From assembly GCA_041601615.1 (NCBI GenBank), contig JBFIHX010000004.1, positions 171,754-235,753 of the forward strand: 64,000 nt of DNA, written 5' to 3'. This document shows, in pieces, positions 46,021-55,131 of the stretch. Positions within the stretch are counted from its first letter, which is position 1. Each line of letters opens with the position of its first letter. The DNA is from Thermoplasmatota archaeon (GTDB lineage Archaea; Thermoplasmatota; E2; JACPAO01; JAHFTW01). The notes beneath the pieces were generated by a model that ran no database searches, had not been told where the DNA came from, and saw nothing but the letters and a program-made list of their open reading frames with translations. Both the position numbers and the translations under genes were made by a program.

Positions 46021-47627
46021 ACACCACTTGGTGCATCCGCATCATGGACGAACTTGCCCGAGGCGGCGTCGAGCATGTGGCCGTCTGCCCTGGCAGCCGC
46101 AGCACACCCTTGAGCCTCGCCGCCCGGCACCACCCAAGCCTGCACGTTCGCGTCATCCTCGACGAACGGGACGCCGGATTCTGGGCCCTCGGAATCGCCA
46201 AGGCATCCGGACGCCCCGCAGCCGTCATCACCACCAGCGGAACCGCCGTTGCCAACCTTCTCCCGGCCGTCGTGGAAGCCAGCAACGCCGCTGTTCCCCT
46301 CGTGCTCGTCACCGCCGACCGGCCCGAAGATCTACGCGGCAAAGGCAGCAACCAAACCATCGAACAAGAGGGCATCTTCGGCGCCTTCGTGCGGTATGAA
46401 GCAGACCTGCCGCATCCTGCACCCAACGCCGTGGCCGCACTGGAGGCCGCCCTATCCGAAGGCATGGCCGCCGCCGTGGGCCGCTGCCCGGGCCCCGTTC
46501 ACCTCAACCAACCCCTGCGAAAACCCCTGGAGCCAACCCCGGAGGAAGCGCAACTGCTTGCCCGCATCCCCCCGGTGGCGTGGGCGCCCCGTCCAAGGGA
46601 TTTGGAAACCCTTGAGACCTCACCCATCGAAGGCAAAGGCATCATTGTCGCTGGCCCCGGCCCCGTCTCCCCCGCCGACGCGCTGCGCATCCACACAGCC
46701 GCCAAAACCCTTGGTGCACAGGTGCTTGCCGACCCTCTTTCCGGCCTTCGAACGGACGGCGCCATATGCCACTACGACGCATGGATCGAAGTCGTGGATC
46801 CCGCGCCCGATTGGATCATCCAATTCGGAGCAGCACCCACGAGCAAACCACTCGGCTCCTGGCTTCGACGACTTGACGATCGACGCATCCGAATCGACGA
46901 GACCGGCCGACGCTGGGACGAAGGCCACCCGCAGTGGATTGACGGCGAACCCGTGGCGATTCTGGAGGCGATGGCCGCATCCAGCCCCGCCACCGGCGCG
47001 GATCCCACTTGGAAACGCGCCGACGAAGCCGCAGTCCACGCGCTTGATGCCACCGGGACGGAAGCCGAAGCGGTCCTCGCCGCCGCACACCACGCCTCCG
47101 CCACGGAGTCGACGCTGTTCGTTGGCAATTCCCTCGCCGTGCGCGAACTGGACCGCTACGCAGGCGCGTGCCCGATGGTCCTGGGAAACCGAGGCGCCAG
47201 CGGCATCGACGGCAACCTCGCCACCATCGCCGGCATCGCGGACGCAGCGGGACCCGCGATCGGCGTGCTCGGAGACCTAGCGTTCCAACACGACGTGGGC
47301 GGATTGGCACTCATTCAAGGCACAGCCGCCCGCATCGTAGTCGTCTCCAACGGCGGCGGCGCAATCTTCCGGCACTTGCCCATTGCAGACCAGACAGAGC
47401 ACTTTTCGGAGATATTCTTGACGCCACAAACCTTCGACATTGGAGCTGCATGCGCCGCATTCGGTGTCTCCCACGTCCGCATCCCCGTGGTCGACACAGC
47501 GAAGGCGCTTGATGGCCCAACACAAGTGGTCGAAGTGGTGGTGGACGCAAAAACAAGTGCAGCCAAACGCCGTGCCATGGCTCAAAGCGCCTCCGAGGCC
47601 GCCGTTCGTGCCTGGCGTCAATCTTAA
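46017..47627 (+). CDS. menD: SEPHCHC synthase
   Basis: CPGSRSTPL, DERDAGF, TSGTAVAN, TADRP, NRGASGIDG. Confidence 0.95.
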   Translation: MNTTWCIRIMDELARGGVEHVAVCPGSRSTPLSLAARHHPSLHVRVILDERDAGFWALGIAKASGRPAAVITTSGTAVANLLPAVVEASNAAVPLVLVTADRPEDLRGKGSNQTIEQEGIFGAFVRYEADLPHPAPNAVAALEAALSEGMAAAVGRCPGPVHLNQPLRKPLEPTPEEAQLLARIPPVAWAPRPRDLETLETSPIEGKGIIVAGPGPVSPADALRIHTAAKTLGAQVLADPLSGLRTDGAICHYDAWIEVVDPAPDWIIQFGAAPTSKPLGSWLRRLDDRRIRIDETGRRWDEGHPQWIDGEPVAILEAMAASSPATGADPTWKRADEAAVHALDATGTEAEAVLAAAHHASATESTLFVGNSLAVRELDRYAGACPMVLGNRGASGIDGNLATIAGIADAAGPAIGVLGDLAFQHDVGGLALIQGTAARIVVVSNGGGAIFRHLPIADQTEHFSEIFLTPQTFDIGAACAAFGVSHVRIPVVDTAKALDGPTQVVEVVVDAKTSAAKRRAMAQSASEAAVRAWRQS

Positions 47628-47651
47628 CGACCGCTTGCCCTGCCCGCAATC

Positions 47652-48512
47652 GTGCCCGAACCGCAGTTCCTTCCCAGCCCCGCACAGTGGAGCGAGGTCA
47701 AGAAATTCGAGGACATTACCTACCACGCCTGGAACGGCATCGCCCGCATCGCCTTCAACCGGCCCGCGATTCGCAACGCCTTCCGGCCCGAGACCACGGA
47801 CGAATTGATCGAAGCGTTCGAGCACGCCTGGAACGACACCAGCATCGGCGCCGTATTGTTCACCGGCAATGGACCAAGCCCCAAGGACGGCAAATGGGCC
47901 TTTTGCTCCGGCGGCGACCAAACCGTGCGCGGCGAAGCCGGATACGTCGGCACCGATGGCGTACCCCGCCTCAATGTCCTTCGACTCCAGAGGATCATCC
48001 GCACCATGCCCAAACCGGTCATCGCGCTCGTAGCCGGATACGCGGTGGGCGGCGGACACGTCCTGCATGTCATCTGCGACATCACCATCGCCGCCGACAA
48101 CGCCGTCTTCCAACAAACCGGCCCCCGCGTCGGCAGCTTTGACGGCGGATTCGGCAGCAGTCACCTCTCCCGCCTCGTCGGCCCCAAGAAAGCCAAGGAA
48201 ATCTGGTACCTCTGCCGCCAATACAACGCCGAGGAAGCCGAGAACATGGGCCTCGTCAACACCGTCGTACCCCTGCAAGACCTCGAGAAAGAAGGCGTCC
48301 AATGGGCCGAGGAAATGCTCAACCACAGCCCTCTTGCCATTCGCACCCTCAAGTCCGCCTTCAACGCCGACGAAGACGGCGCCGCCGGCATCCAAGAGCT
48401 GGCCGGAAACGCCACGCTGCTGTTCTACATGACCCAAGAAGGCCAGGAAGGACGCGATGCGTACCTCCAGGGTCGAAAACCAGACTTCCGCAACAAGCCG
48501 AGGTGGCCCTAA
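47652..48512 (+). CDS. menB: 1,4-dihydroxy-2-naphthoyl-CoA synthase
   Basis: [34 protein letters not shown]. Confidence 0.97.
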   Translation: MPEPQFLPSPAQWSEVKKFEDITYHAWNGIARIAFNRPAIRNAFRPETTDELIEAFEHAWNDTSIGAVLFTGNGPSPKDGKWAFCSGGDQTVRGEAGYVGTDGVPRLNVLRLQRIIRTMPKPVIALVAGYAVGGGHVLHVICDITIAADNAVFQQTGPRVGSFDGGFGSSHLSRLVGPKKAKEIWYLCRQYNAEEAENMGLVNTVVPLQDLEKEGVQWAEEMLNHSPLAIRTLKSAFNADEDGAAGIQELAGNATLLFYMTQEGQEGRDAYLQGRKPDFRNKPRWP

Positions 48513-48700
48513 TGTCCATGGAAGACCTTGGCGAAGAGTTCCCACGGGCGCTGTGCCACATGGACGCCGTGGATGAGAAAATCCAGGCGTTCGAACAGAA
48601 GTACTCCACGCCGCTCAACGAGGAAGACATGCGCGGCGTATTCGCGGAAGTGCACTCGGACCACGAGGATTGCGAGTGTTCGTGTTGTTTGGCGGCGTGA
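48512..48700 (+). CDS. Small acidic protein with His/Cys-rich C-terminus (62 aa)
   Basis: TAATG overlap with menB; ends HSDHEDCECSCCLAA. Confidence 0.6.
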   Translation: MSMEDLGEEFPRALCHMDAVDEKIQAFEQKYSTPLNEEDMRGVFAEVHSDHEDCECSCCLAA

Positions 48701-48809
48701 GGCGGGACTGCCCCCTACGATCGCTTCATCCCACTTTTCCGGAATAACGGAAAGCCGGTGGCGGCGCGACAACAAAACCCCCAAACCCCCCGCCTCCGTC
48801 GCAACCCAC

Positions 48810-49685
48810 GTGACCCTCAGGTCGTGGTTCTCCACGCTCCGTGTTCGCACGCTCCCGGCCGCGGCCAGTCCCGTCATTGTGGGCATGGCGCTCGCGCAGA
48901 ATCTCGGCGGCTTCGACCTCCTGCCGGCCCTCGCGGCCCTCCTGGGCGCCCTGCTTTTGCAAGTGGGCACGAACCTTGCCAACGACTACTACGACCACAT
49001 CAAGGGCGCGGACACCCCAGACCGGGCGGGGCCGACGCGGGCGAGCGCTAGTGGTGCGTTGCCGCCGGGGACGGTTCGCAACGCGGCATACGGCACCTTC
49101 GGACTCGCTGCCCTTGTAGGCCTCTATCTCATCTGGCACGCGGGCTGGCCGATTCTCGTGATTGGATCCGCCGGCATTCTGTCGGGCATCCTCTACACCG
49201 CCGGCCCGAAGCCGCTTGCCTACGTCGGCCTTGGCGATCTGTTCGTGTTCGTGTTCTTTGGACCCGTTGCGGTGGCAGGAACCGTATTTGTGCAAACGGG
49301 AACCTGGGAACTCGCGGCCATCGGATGGGGCGCGGCACTTGGGGCGATTGCCACGGCGATTCTGGTGGTCAACAACCTGCGCGACCGGCCCACGGACGAG
49401 AAGGCAGGCAAACGGACACTGGCGGTTCGCTTCGGTGACCAGTTTAGCCAAGTTCAGTACCTCGCGTTGCTGGCCCTCGCGTTCACGGCTCCGTTCGTGC
49501 TCGGACACCTTGCCGACGACCTGTGGCTTCTGCTGCCCCTAGTGAGCGTCGTCGCTGCGGTACCCGTGGTGCGCCGAATGATGGGTCCTTTGGACGAACG
49601 CCGTGCTCTGAACCCGGCCCTCGGTGGCACCGCCCGGGTCTTGCTGTTGTACTCCTTGTTGGCGGCACTGGGGCTGCTGTTGTGA
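48810..49685 (+). CDS. menA: DHNA polyprenyltransferase
   Basis: RTLPAA, NLANDYYD, VNNLRD..TD..AGKRTLAV. Confidence 0.95.
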   Translation: MTLRSWFSTLRVRTLPAAASPVIVGMALAQNLGGFDLLPALAALLGALLLQVGTNLANDYYDHIKGADTPDRAGPTRASASGALPPGTVRNAAYGTFGLAALVGLYLIWHAGWPILVIGSAGILSGILYTAGPKPLAYVGLGDLFVFVFFGPVAVAGTVFVQTGTWELAAIGWGAALGAIATAILVVNNLRDRPTDEKAGKRTLAVRFGDQFSQVQYLALLALAFTAPFVLGHLADDLWLLLPLVSVVAAVPVVRRMMGPLDERRALNPALGGTARVLLLYSLLAALGLLL

Positions 49686-50728
49686 ACTTGCACGGGTGGA
49701 CGTGGCAACCCTACGACCTGCCCCTGCGCACTCCGTACCAATGGGCCAAAGGCATCCAGACCCGGCGCCTTGGATTGATTGCAAAACTGGATTTGGGCGA
49801 CGCAGCCGGATGGGGCGAGGCGGCACCGCCCCCGCACGAATCCATTGTGCCCGCGGCGTTGGCCCGTGGCGCAGCTCGGCTCGTGGAAGGATTGGACCCG
49901 ACCCGCGACGACTTTCTAGCTCGCCTCGACGAACGAAATCCCCACCCGCGCCTTCGCTGCGCTCTCTCGACGGCTTATTGTTCGGCCCACGCCGCCCGTG
50001 CTGGTGTTCCGCTTGGCGCCTGGCTCGCCGCAGACTCGGGTCGCCCACCGCCGGTCCAATCCGTGCCGGTCAACACCTTGCTCACGGGCGATACCGATCT
50101 CGGGCGCCTGGCCCAATCACGCTGGGATGCCGGGTTCCGGACCTTCAAAATCAAAGTCGGCGCCGACCGGGCCCTCGACTTGTCCCGTGTTGCGGCGGTG
50201 CGCGAAGCGGTGCCGGATGCCACGATTCGCCTCGACGCCAATGAATCCTGGAATCCCGGGTGGGCCTTGGAGCACATGCAAGCGTTGGCACTGTTTGAGA
50301 TCGAATACGTGGAACAACCGCTTCCCGCCGCCGACCCTGGAGCCCTCGTTCGGCTCTCTGCTCGAAGTCCAATTCCCGTGGCGCTCGACGAATCCGCCAC
50401 CGACGCGGCGACCCTGGCAAGCCTCCTCGATTCGGGTGCAGGAACCGTCGCCATCCTCAAGCCTCAACGCCTGGGCGGCCCGGACAAGACGCTGGCAGCG
50501 GTGGACGCAGCCCGGGACCACGGGGCATTGGCAGTCATCACCAACAGCCTAGAGACCGTCGTCGGTCGCACCACCTCACTCCATCTGGCAGCCCTTCTTT
50601 CAGCGCCCATTCCTGCCTGCGGTCTTGCCACAGAACATTACCTTTCCGAGGACCTCGCTCCGGGCGCCACGGCCAAAGACGGCTTCATGCAAGTGCCACA
50701 GGGACCCGGTCTTGGAGTGACCCCATGA
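49682..50728 (+). CDS. menC: o-succinylbenzoate synthase
   Basis: Enolase superfamily KIKVG, RLDAN, EQP, LDES; operon context. Confidence 0.9.
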   Translation: MNLHGWTWQPYDLPLRTPYQWAKGIQTRRLGLIAKLDLGDAAGWGEAAPPPHESIVPAALARGAARLVEGLDPTRDDFLARLDERNPHPRLRCALSTAYCSAHAARAGVPLGAWLAADSGRPPPVQSVPVNTLLTGDTDLGRLAQSRWDAGFRTFKIKVGADRALDLSRVAAVREAVPDATIRLDANESWNPGWALEHMQALALFEIEYVEQPLPAADPGALVRLSARSPIPVALDESATDAATLASLLDSGAGTVAILKPQRLGGPDKTLAAVDAARDHGALAVITNSLETVVGRTTSLHLAALLSAPIPACGLATEHYLSEDLAPGATAKDGFMQVPQGPGLGVTP

Positions 50729-51921
50729 AGGTCGCGGTGCTCGGCTCCATGGAATTGCACATCGCGGCGCACCGCCAGAGCATCGACCACGGATGCACCC
50801 TCATTCCCCTCTCCTTGCGGGCTCCAGACGCGGCCATTCGACAAGCCTTGCTGGATTCGGGGGCTGAAATTCTGGCCTCCGATGACCCGCGCGTGGCCTT
50901 GCTTGCAGGCGACCTTCCCGTGCAGGCGACCGTGGACGGCCTCACGGGCGACGGTGCGATTCGAGTCTTGCTGCAAACCAGCGGCACCACGGGAGCGCCC
51001 GCTTGGATTCCCATCACCCGCACCATGCTAGAGGCGCATCGGCCCGCCGCCATGGAGCGTCTGGGCGCTGATTCCGAGAGTGTTTGGTTGGCGGTGCTGC
51101 CGCCCCACCACATTGGAGGCGTCGCGTTGCTGGACCGCTGCCTGTACGGCGGCGGAACCCTGCATACGCTGGACCGGTTCACGGTGGAAACGTTCCAAGA
51201 TGCGTTGCCTGGCGCCACGCACGTCAGCCTAGTGCCGACCATGCTGCGACGGCTTCTGGATGCAGGCGTCCGTCCCCCGGCAAGCCTTCGATGCGCGCTG
51301 GTTGGAGGCGACCGCATTGACGAAAATCTGACGAGGCGGGCGCTCGACGCGGGTTGGCCGATGTTTGCCACCTATGGCCTGACAGAAGCGTGCAGCCAGG
51401 TCTCAACCGCGACGCCGCAAGAACGTGCGCTGGACCCTGCAACCGCGGGCCGGCCGCTTCGTGGCGTCGAGGTCTCGATTCTGGAACCCGACAAGGAAGG
51501 TTGGGGCATCATCGAGGTCGCGGGGCCCACGGTTGCGGGCGGGCGGCACCGCACTTCGGACATCGGGCGCATGACAGAGGGACGATTGACGGTTCGAGGC
51601 CGCGCCATGGAGCGCATCGTCACGGGCGGCGAGACGGTGGATGCGCGCGCGATCGAAGCGGTGCTGGAATTGCATCCGGGCGTTGTGGCCGCCTGCGTGG
51701 TGGGTCTGCCGGATGCTGAGTGGGGCCAACGGGTGGCAGCGGCGGTCGAGGGCGATGTGCACGCAGACGAACTTCTGGCTTGGTGCAAGGAGCGATTGTC
51801 GGCGCCTGAAGTTCCTCGACTCGTGGATGTTTGGGACGCGTTGCCTCGATCGGAGACGGGGAAGCTTCAGCGAGGCACGGTCCTAGCGCGGTTCCGGGCT
51901 CAGTCCACGACGCCTACGTAG
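50725..51921 (+). CDS. menE: o-succinylbenzoate-CoA ligase
   Basis: TSGTTG, SLVPTML, TYGLTEA, TGGETV, WGQRV. Confidence 0.9.
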   Translation: MKVAVLGSMELHIAAHRQSIDHGCTLIPLSLRAPDAAIRQALLDSGAEILASDDPRVALLAGDLPVQATVDGLTGDGAIRVLLQTSGTTGAPAWIPITRTMLEAHRPAAMERLGADSESVWLAVLPPHHIGGVALLDRCLYGGGTLHTLDRFTVETFQDALPGATHVSLVPTMLRRLLDAGVRPPASLRCALVGGDRIDENLTRRALDAGWPMFATYGLTEACSQVSTATPQERALDPATAGRPLRGVEVSILEPDKEGWGIIEVAGPTVAGGRHRTSDIGRMTEGRLTVRGRAMERIVTGGETVDARAIEAVLELHPGVVAACVVGLPDAEWGQRVAAAVEGDVHADELLAWCKERLSAPEVPRLVDVWDALPRSETGKLQRGTVLARFRAQSTTPT

Positions 51922-52583
51922 AGCCAAGCGATGCCGCCGGACAGGGGGCGCGCCCAGACTTCCGAGAAGCCAGCTTCGCGCATCAAGTCCAAAAACGCCT
52001 CGCCAGCAGGGAACGCGGCCGCGGTCCGAGGCAGGTACTTGTATGCCGCTTTGTCGCCGGTGATGAGTCCGCCAATTGGAGGCATGACGAAACGGCTGTA
52101 GGCGCGGTACATGCCACCCCAGGCGCCGCGAGGCTGTCCAAATTCGAGCACAACCACGCGTCCGTCCGAACGCACAACGCGGCGCATCTCGCGAAGGCCT
52201 TGCACCGGGTCGTCCACGTTGCGAATCCCGAAGGAAATGGTCGCGGCATCGAAGGCATCGTCGGAAAACCGGAGCCGGGTCACGTCGCCTTCCTCAAAGG
52301 TTACGTCGCCATGTTTGGCAGCCTTGGACTTGGCAAGATCCACCATTTCCGGCGTAAAATCCACGCCCACAATCGAACCGTCCGGCCCGACGGCGCGCTT
52401 GAGGGCAAACGACAGGTCACCCGTGCCGCACGCAGCATCCATGGCCGACTCGCCAAGTTCGAGGCCGGTGGCGCGCACGGCCTTCTTTCGCCACTTTATG
52501 TCGATGCCGAAGGAAAGCACGCGATTTGCGCGATCATAGCGCCGCGCGATGCGGCCGAACATGTCCTGGATTTCCTGGCTCAT
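51900..52583 (-). CDS. menG: Demethylmenaquinone methyltransferase (UbiE/MenG)
   Basis: MFGRIARRYDRAN..LSFG, DAACGTGD, FGIRNV, AYKYL. Confidence 0.93.
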   Translation of the reverse strand: MSQEIQDMFGRIARRYDRANRVLSFGIDIKWRKKAVRATGLELGESAMDAACGTGDLSFALKRAVGPDGSIVGVDFTPEMVDLAKSKAAKHGDVTFEEGDVTRLRFSDDAFDAATISFGIRNVDDPVQGLREMRRVVRSDGRVVVLEFGQPRGAWGGMYRAYSRFVMPPIGGLITGDKAAYKYLPRTAAAFPAGEAFLDLMREAGFSEVWARPLSGGIAWLYVGVVD

Positions 52584-52669
52584 GTTGGGCTCCAAGGTTG
52601 GGGGGTGGGGAATCGGGGTGAAGGGGATTGGAGAAGGGGAGTTGGAGGGGGGAGAGGTTCGGTGGCAGT

Positions 52670-52693
52670 GGCAAAACCCTGCTGGGTTTTGCC
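52670..52693 (-). terminator. Possible terminator-like hairpin downstream of nusA
   Basis: ggcaaaaccc-tgct-gggttttgcc followed on the minus strand by a long pyrimidine-rich tract. Confidence 0.4.
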
Positions 52694-52779
52694 CTCCCCT
52701 TATTCGATTTCTGAGGAAATCGAACAAGGTCCGCTCGGCCGTTGGCCTCGCTATCAATGAAGTCCGTGATTTGACTGCG

Positions 52780-53235
52780 TCAAATCACTTGGACTTCATC
52801 GATCTCGTGGTGCCTCTTGGCAATGTGGCGAATCGACGAGATGTTCCGGCCGCCCTTTCCGATGGCCTTGCCCTTGTCCTTGGCTTCGACCTCGACGATG
52901 GCGCGGATGCGGACGGAGGAGGTGCCTCCTTCCGGGTCTTCCAGGCTCTGCGTCTCCATCCGGATGGTCGCCACGTCGAACGGCTTGAACAGATTTCGTA
53001 CGAAGATCTGCTTGTCGTCATCCCACTCGACGAACTTGACGTCCTTCTTCAGAAGCTGGCGCATCATCTCAAGGTTCTTGGCTTCCTTTCCAAGCGCCTG
53101 GCCCAGGTGGCCCTTCTCGGTGATGAAGACAATGCGGTCGCCCTCGTCGACTGCGTCCTTGATACGGGCGCGCAGCCGCTTTTCTGCCTCATTGATGAGG
53201 CCGATGGTCTCCATGGAGAGGTCGAGGTCGGTCAC
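52780..53235 (-). CDS. nusA: Archaeal NusA-like KH-domain transcription factor
   Basis: GQALGKEAKN, KGKAIGKGGRNI; position after rpl30e. Confidence 0.93.
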   Translation of the reverse strand: MTDLDLSMETIGLINEAEKRLRARIKDAVDEGDRIVFITEKGHLGQALGKEAKNLEMMRQLLKKDVKFVEWDDDKQIFVRNLFKPFDVATIRMETQSLEDPEGGTSSVRIRAIVEVEAKDKGKAIGKGGRNISSIRHIAKRHHEIDEVQVI

Positions 53236-53239
53236 AAGA

Positions 53240-53530
53240 TCACTTCGCCAGTTGCAGGATGTCAGACTCTCCTGCGTCGAGCACGGCGAGGGCAGAGATG
53301 GCGAAAGGCTTGCCGCATGCCGGGCCAAGCTGTGTCCCCATACCATTGAATTGGTACACGGCCACGCGCTTCTCCTTAGCAGCGGTGCGGATGTCGTCGT
53401 CTTGCGGGCTGTTGTTGCTGAGAATCACCAGTTTGGCGTCCCCATTGCGTACCGCTTTTTCGGTCTGGTCGGCGCCGATGAGCACCTTTCCCGTCGCGAC
53501 CGCGGTTCTCAGGCTTCGTTGTACGTCCAT
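53240..53530 (-). CDS. rpl30e: 50S ribosomal protein L30e
   Basis: TGKVLIG, LGPACGKPFAISALAVLDAGESDI. Confidence 0.97.
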   Translation of the reverse strand: MDVQRSLRTAVATGKVLIGADQTEKAVRNGDAKLVILSNNSPQDDDIRTAAKEKRVAVYQFNGMGTQLGPACGKPFAISALAVLDAGESDILQLAK

Positions 53531-53532
53531 TT

Positions 53533-55131
53533 CTAGGCCTCCTCGTTGTCAGGCGCATCGGGCGCCGCCGTTTCGGAACCACCGACGGGCACAACGGCCG
53601 CGTAGGAGGCATCCCCGGTGAAGAATTCGTCTTCCTCCTCCGGTTCGGGGATTGTATTTCTGGGCTCCGGCATGGTCTTGCGGAGTTCATTGAGCTTGCC
53701 CATGTCCACGGCCAGGCGCACAGCACCGGTTCCGAGGTTCACGGGCTGACCCACGATGATGTTCTCTGCGACACCGTTCAGGGGGTCGACTTCGCCGATC
53801 ATACCCGCTTGGAGCAAGTGATCGACTGTGATTTCGAATGCGGCGCGAGCAAGGATACTGCTCTTTTGGCCGGACACACCTTGGCGTCCGATGGCCTTGA
53901 CTTCGCCGTCACTGGTCATGACGTCGGCTACGAGCATCAAGTGGCGCTGGTCCACTTGCAGGCCCTGGCCGCGCATGGTTGCGTCCGCTTCGCGCATGAT
54001 GGCCACACGAGCCGCCTCGATGCCGAGCACTTCTTGGATTTGCAGAATGTCGTTGGTGACGACACGCGGCTTGTCCAGGCCCTCCACTTCAAGGATTTCG
54101 CGCAGGTTGCTGCCCTCGGAGTAGAGGATGTAGCCGCCTTCGCGCTCGTCCTTGCGGATGACCAGGCGCTTGATGCCATCGATGCCCTTGACCTTGATTT
54201 TGCGCAGGTCTTCGACGGCCTTCTGGAGGTTCTTGTAGTTGGCCTCGCCGAGGGTGACCAGGATCTGGCCATTCTCGGGTTCCTTGACCTGGACCTTGCG
54301 CACGCGGCGCACGGCGTCGAACACTTCGTCCTCGACAATCTCCTTCTCCTCCATCATGTCCTTGCGGGGCACGACGAGGATTTCGAGTTTGGCAAGATCG
54401 GCGTTGATGTCTGCGACATCCCCGAGGGCGGTGGTCTCGATGCGGTTGGCGATCGACGTGGCCTTCTTGCGGTCCGCCTTGATTTCCTCTCGAAGGAAGA
54501 TCGTCATGGTGGGGGTCGAGGGCTGGCGCCGGGCGTCCACGATCTCAATGAGACGGGGGAGACCCAAGGTTACGTTGATTTCTGCGACACCAGCAAAGTG
54601 GAAGGTGCGCATGGTCATCTGTGTGCCAGGCTCACCGATGCTCTGGGCCGACACGATGCCGGCGGCTTCGGTTGCGTCCACGCTGCTGCGCTTGTACTCG
54701 ACGACGGCAAGCTCGGTGACGGCCTTGAGTTGCGCGGCGGTAAAGCCTCGCGCCTCGGCGCCGTCCACGAGGGTGCGCACGACCTTCTCGGGCAGGGTTA
54801 CTCCGAGGGTTGCGGCGTGCTCGAGGACACTGGTGTCCTTCTTGAGCAGCTTGGCGTCGCGTTCATCGACACGGGAAAGCAGGGGCTCGTATTCACGGTC
54901 GTCCTCGACGACGCGGCGCGTGGTGCGGCGAGCGGCTGCCTCACGCTTGGCCTTGCCAAGCTTGTGCAGAATCTCTTCGACCTCGTTGCCCGTGAAGCCG
55001 GCGTCCATGAAGTCCTTCTTCGTTGCGGCCTTGGCCTTGGTGACGGTGAAGTGCTCCGCGAGGCGGGTGGCGGTCTCCAGGTCGAAGGCGTAGGTGTTGA
55101 CGTAGGACTTGACGGTCTGTGGGCTGGCCAT
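53533..55131 (-). CDS. rpoA2: RNA polymerase subunit A'' with N-terminal extension
   Basis: [42 protein letters not shown]. Confidence 0.97.
   Translation of the reverse strand: MASPQTVKSYVNTYAFDLETATRLAEHFTVTKAKAATKKDFMDAGFTGNEVEEILHKLGKAKREAAARRTTRRVVEDDREYEPLLSRVDERDAKLLKKDTSVLEHAATLGVTLPEKVVRTLVDGAEARGFTAAQLKAVTELAVVEYKRSSVDATEAAGIVSAQSIGEPGTQMTMRTFHFAGVAEINVTLGLPRLIEIVDARRQPSTPTMTIFLREEIKADRKKATSIANRIETTALGDVADINADLAKLEILVVPRKDMMEEKEIVEDEVFDAVRRVRKVQVKEPENGQILVTLGEANYKNLQKAVEDLRKIKVKGIDGIKRLVIRKDEREGGYILYSEGSNLREILEVEGLDKPRVVTNDILQIQEVLGIEAARVAIMREADATMRGQGLQVDQRHLMLVADVMTSDGEVKAIGRQGVSGQKSSILARAAFEITVDHLLQAGMIGEVDPLNGVAENIIVGQPVNLGTGAVRLAVDMGKLNELRKTMPEPRNTIPEPEEEDEFFTGDASYAAVVPVGGSETAAPDAPDNEEA

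Noticed and set aside
54700-55131. N-terminal extension of RpoA2 as an intein or novel fusion
   Set aside because: No intein motifs; extended RpoA2 is, to my knowledge, usual in Thermoplasmatota.
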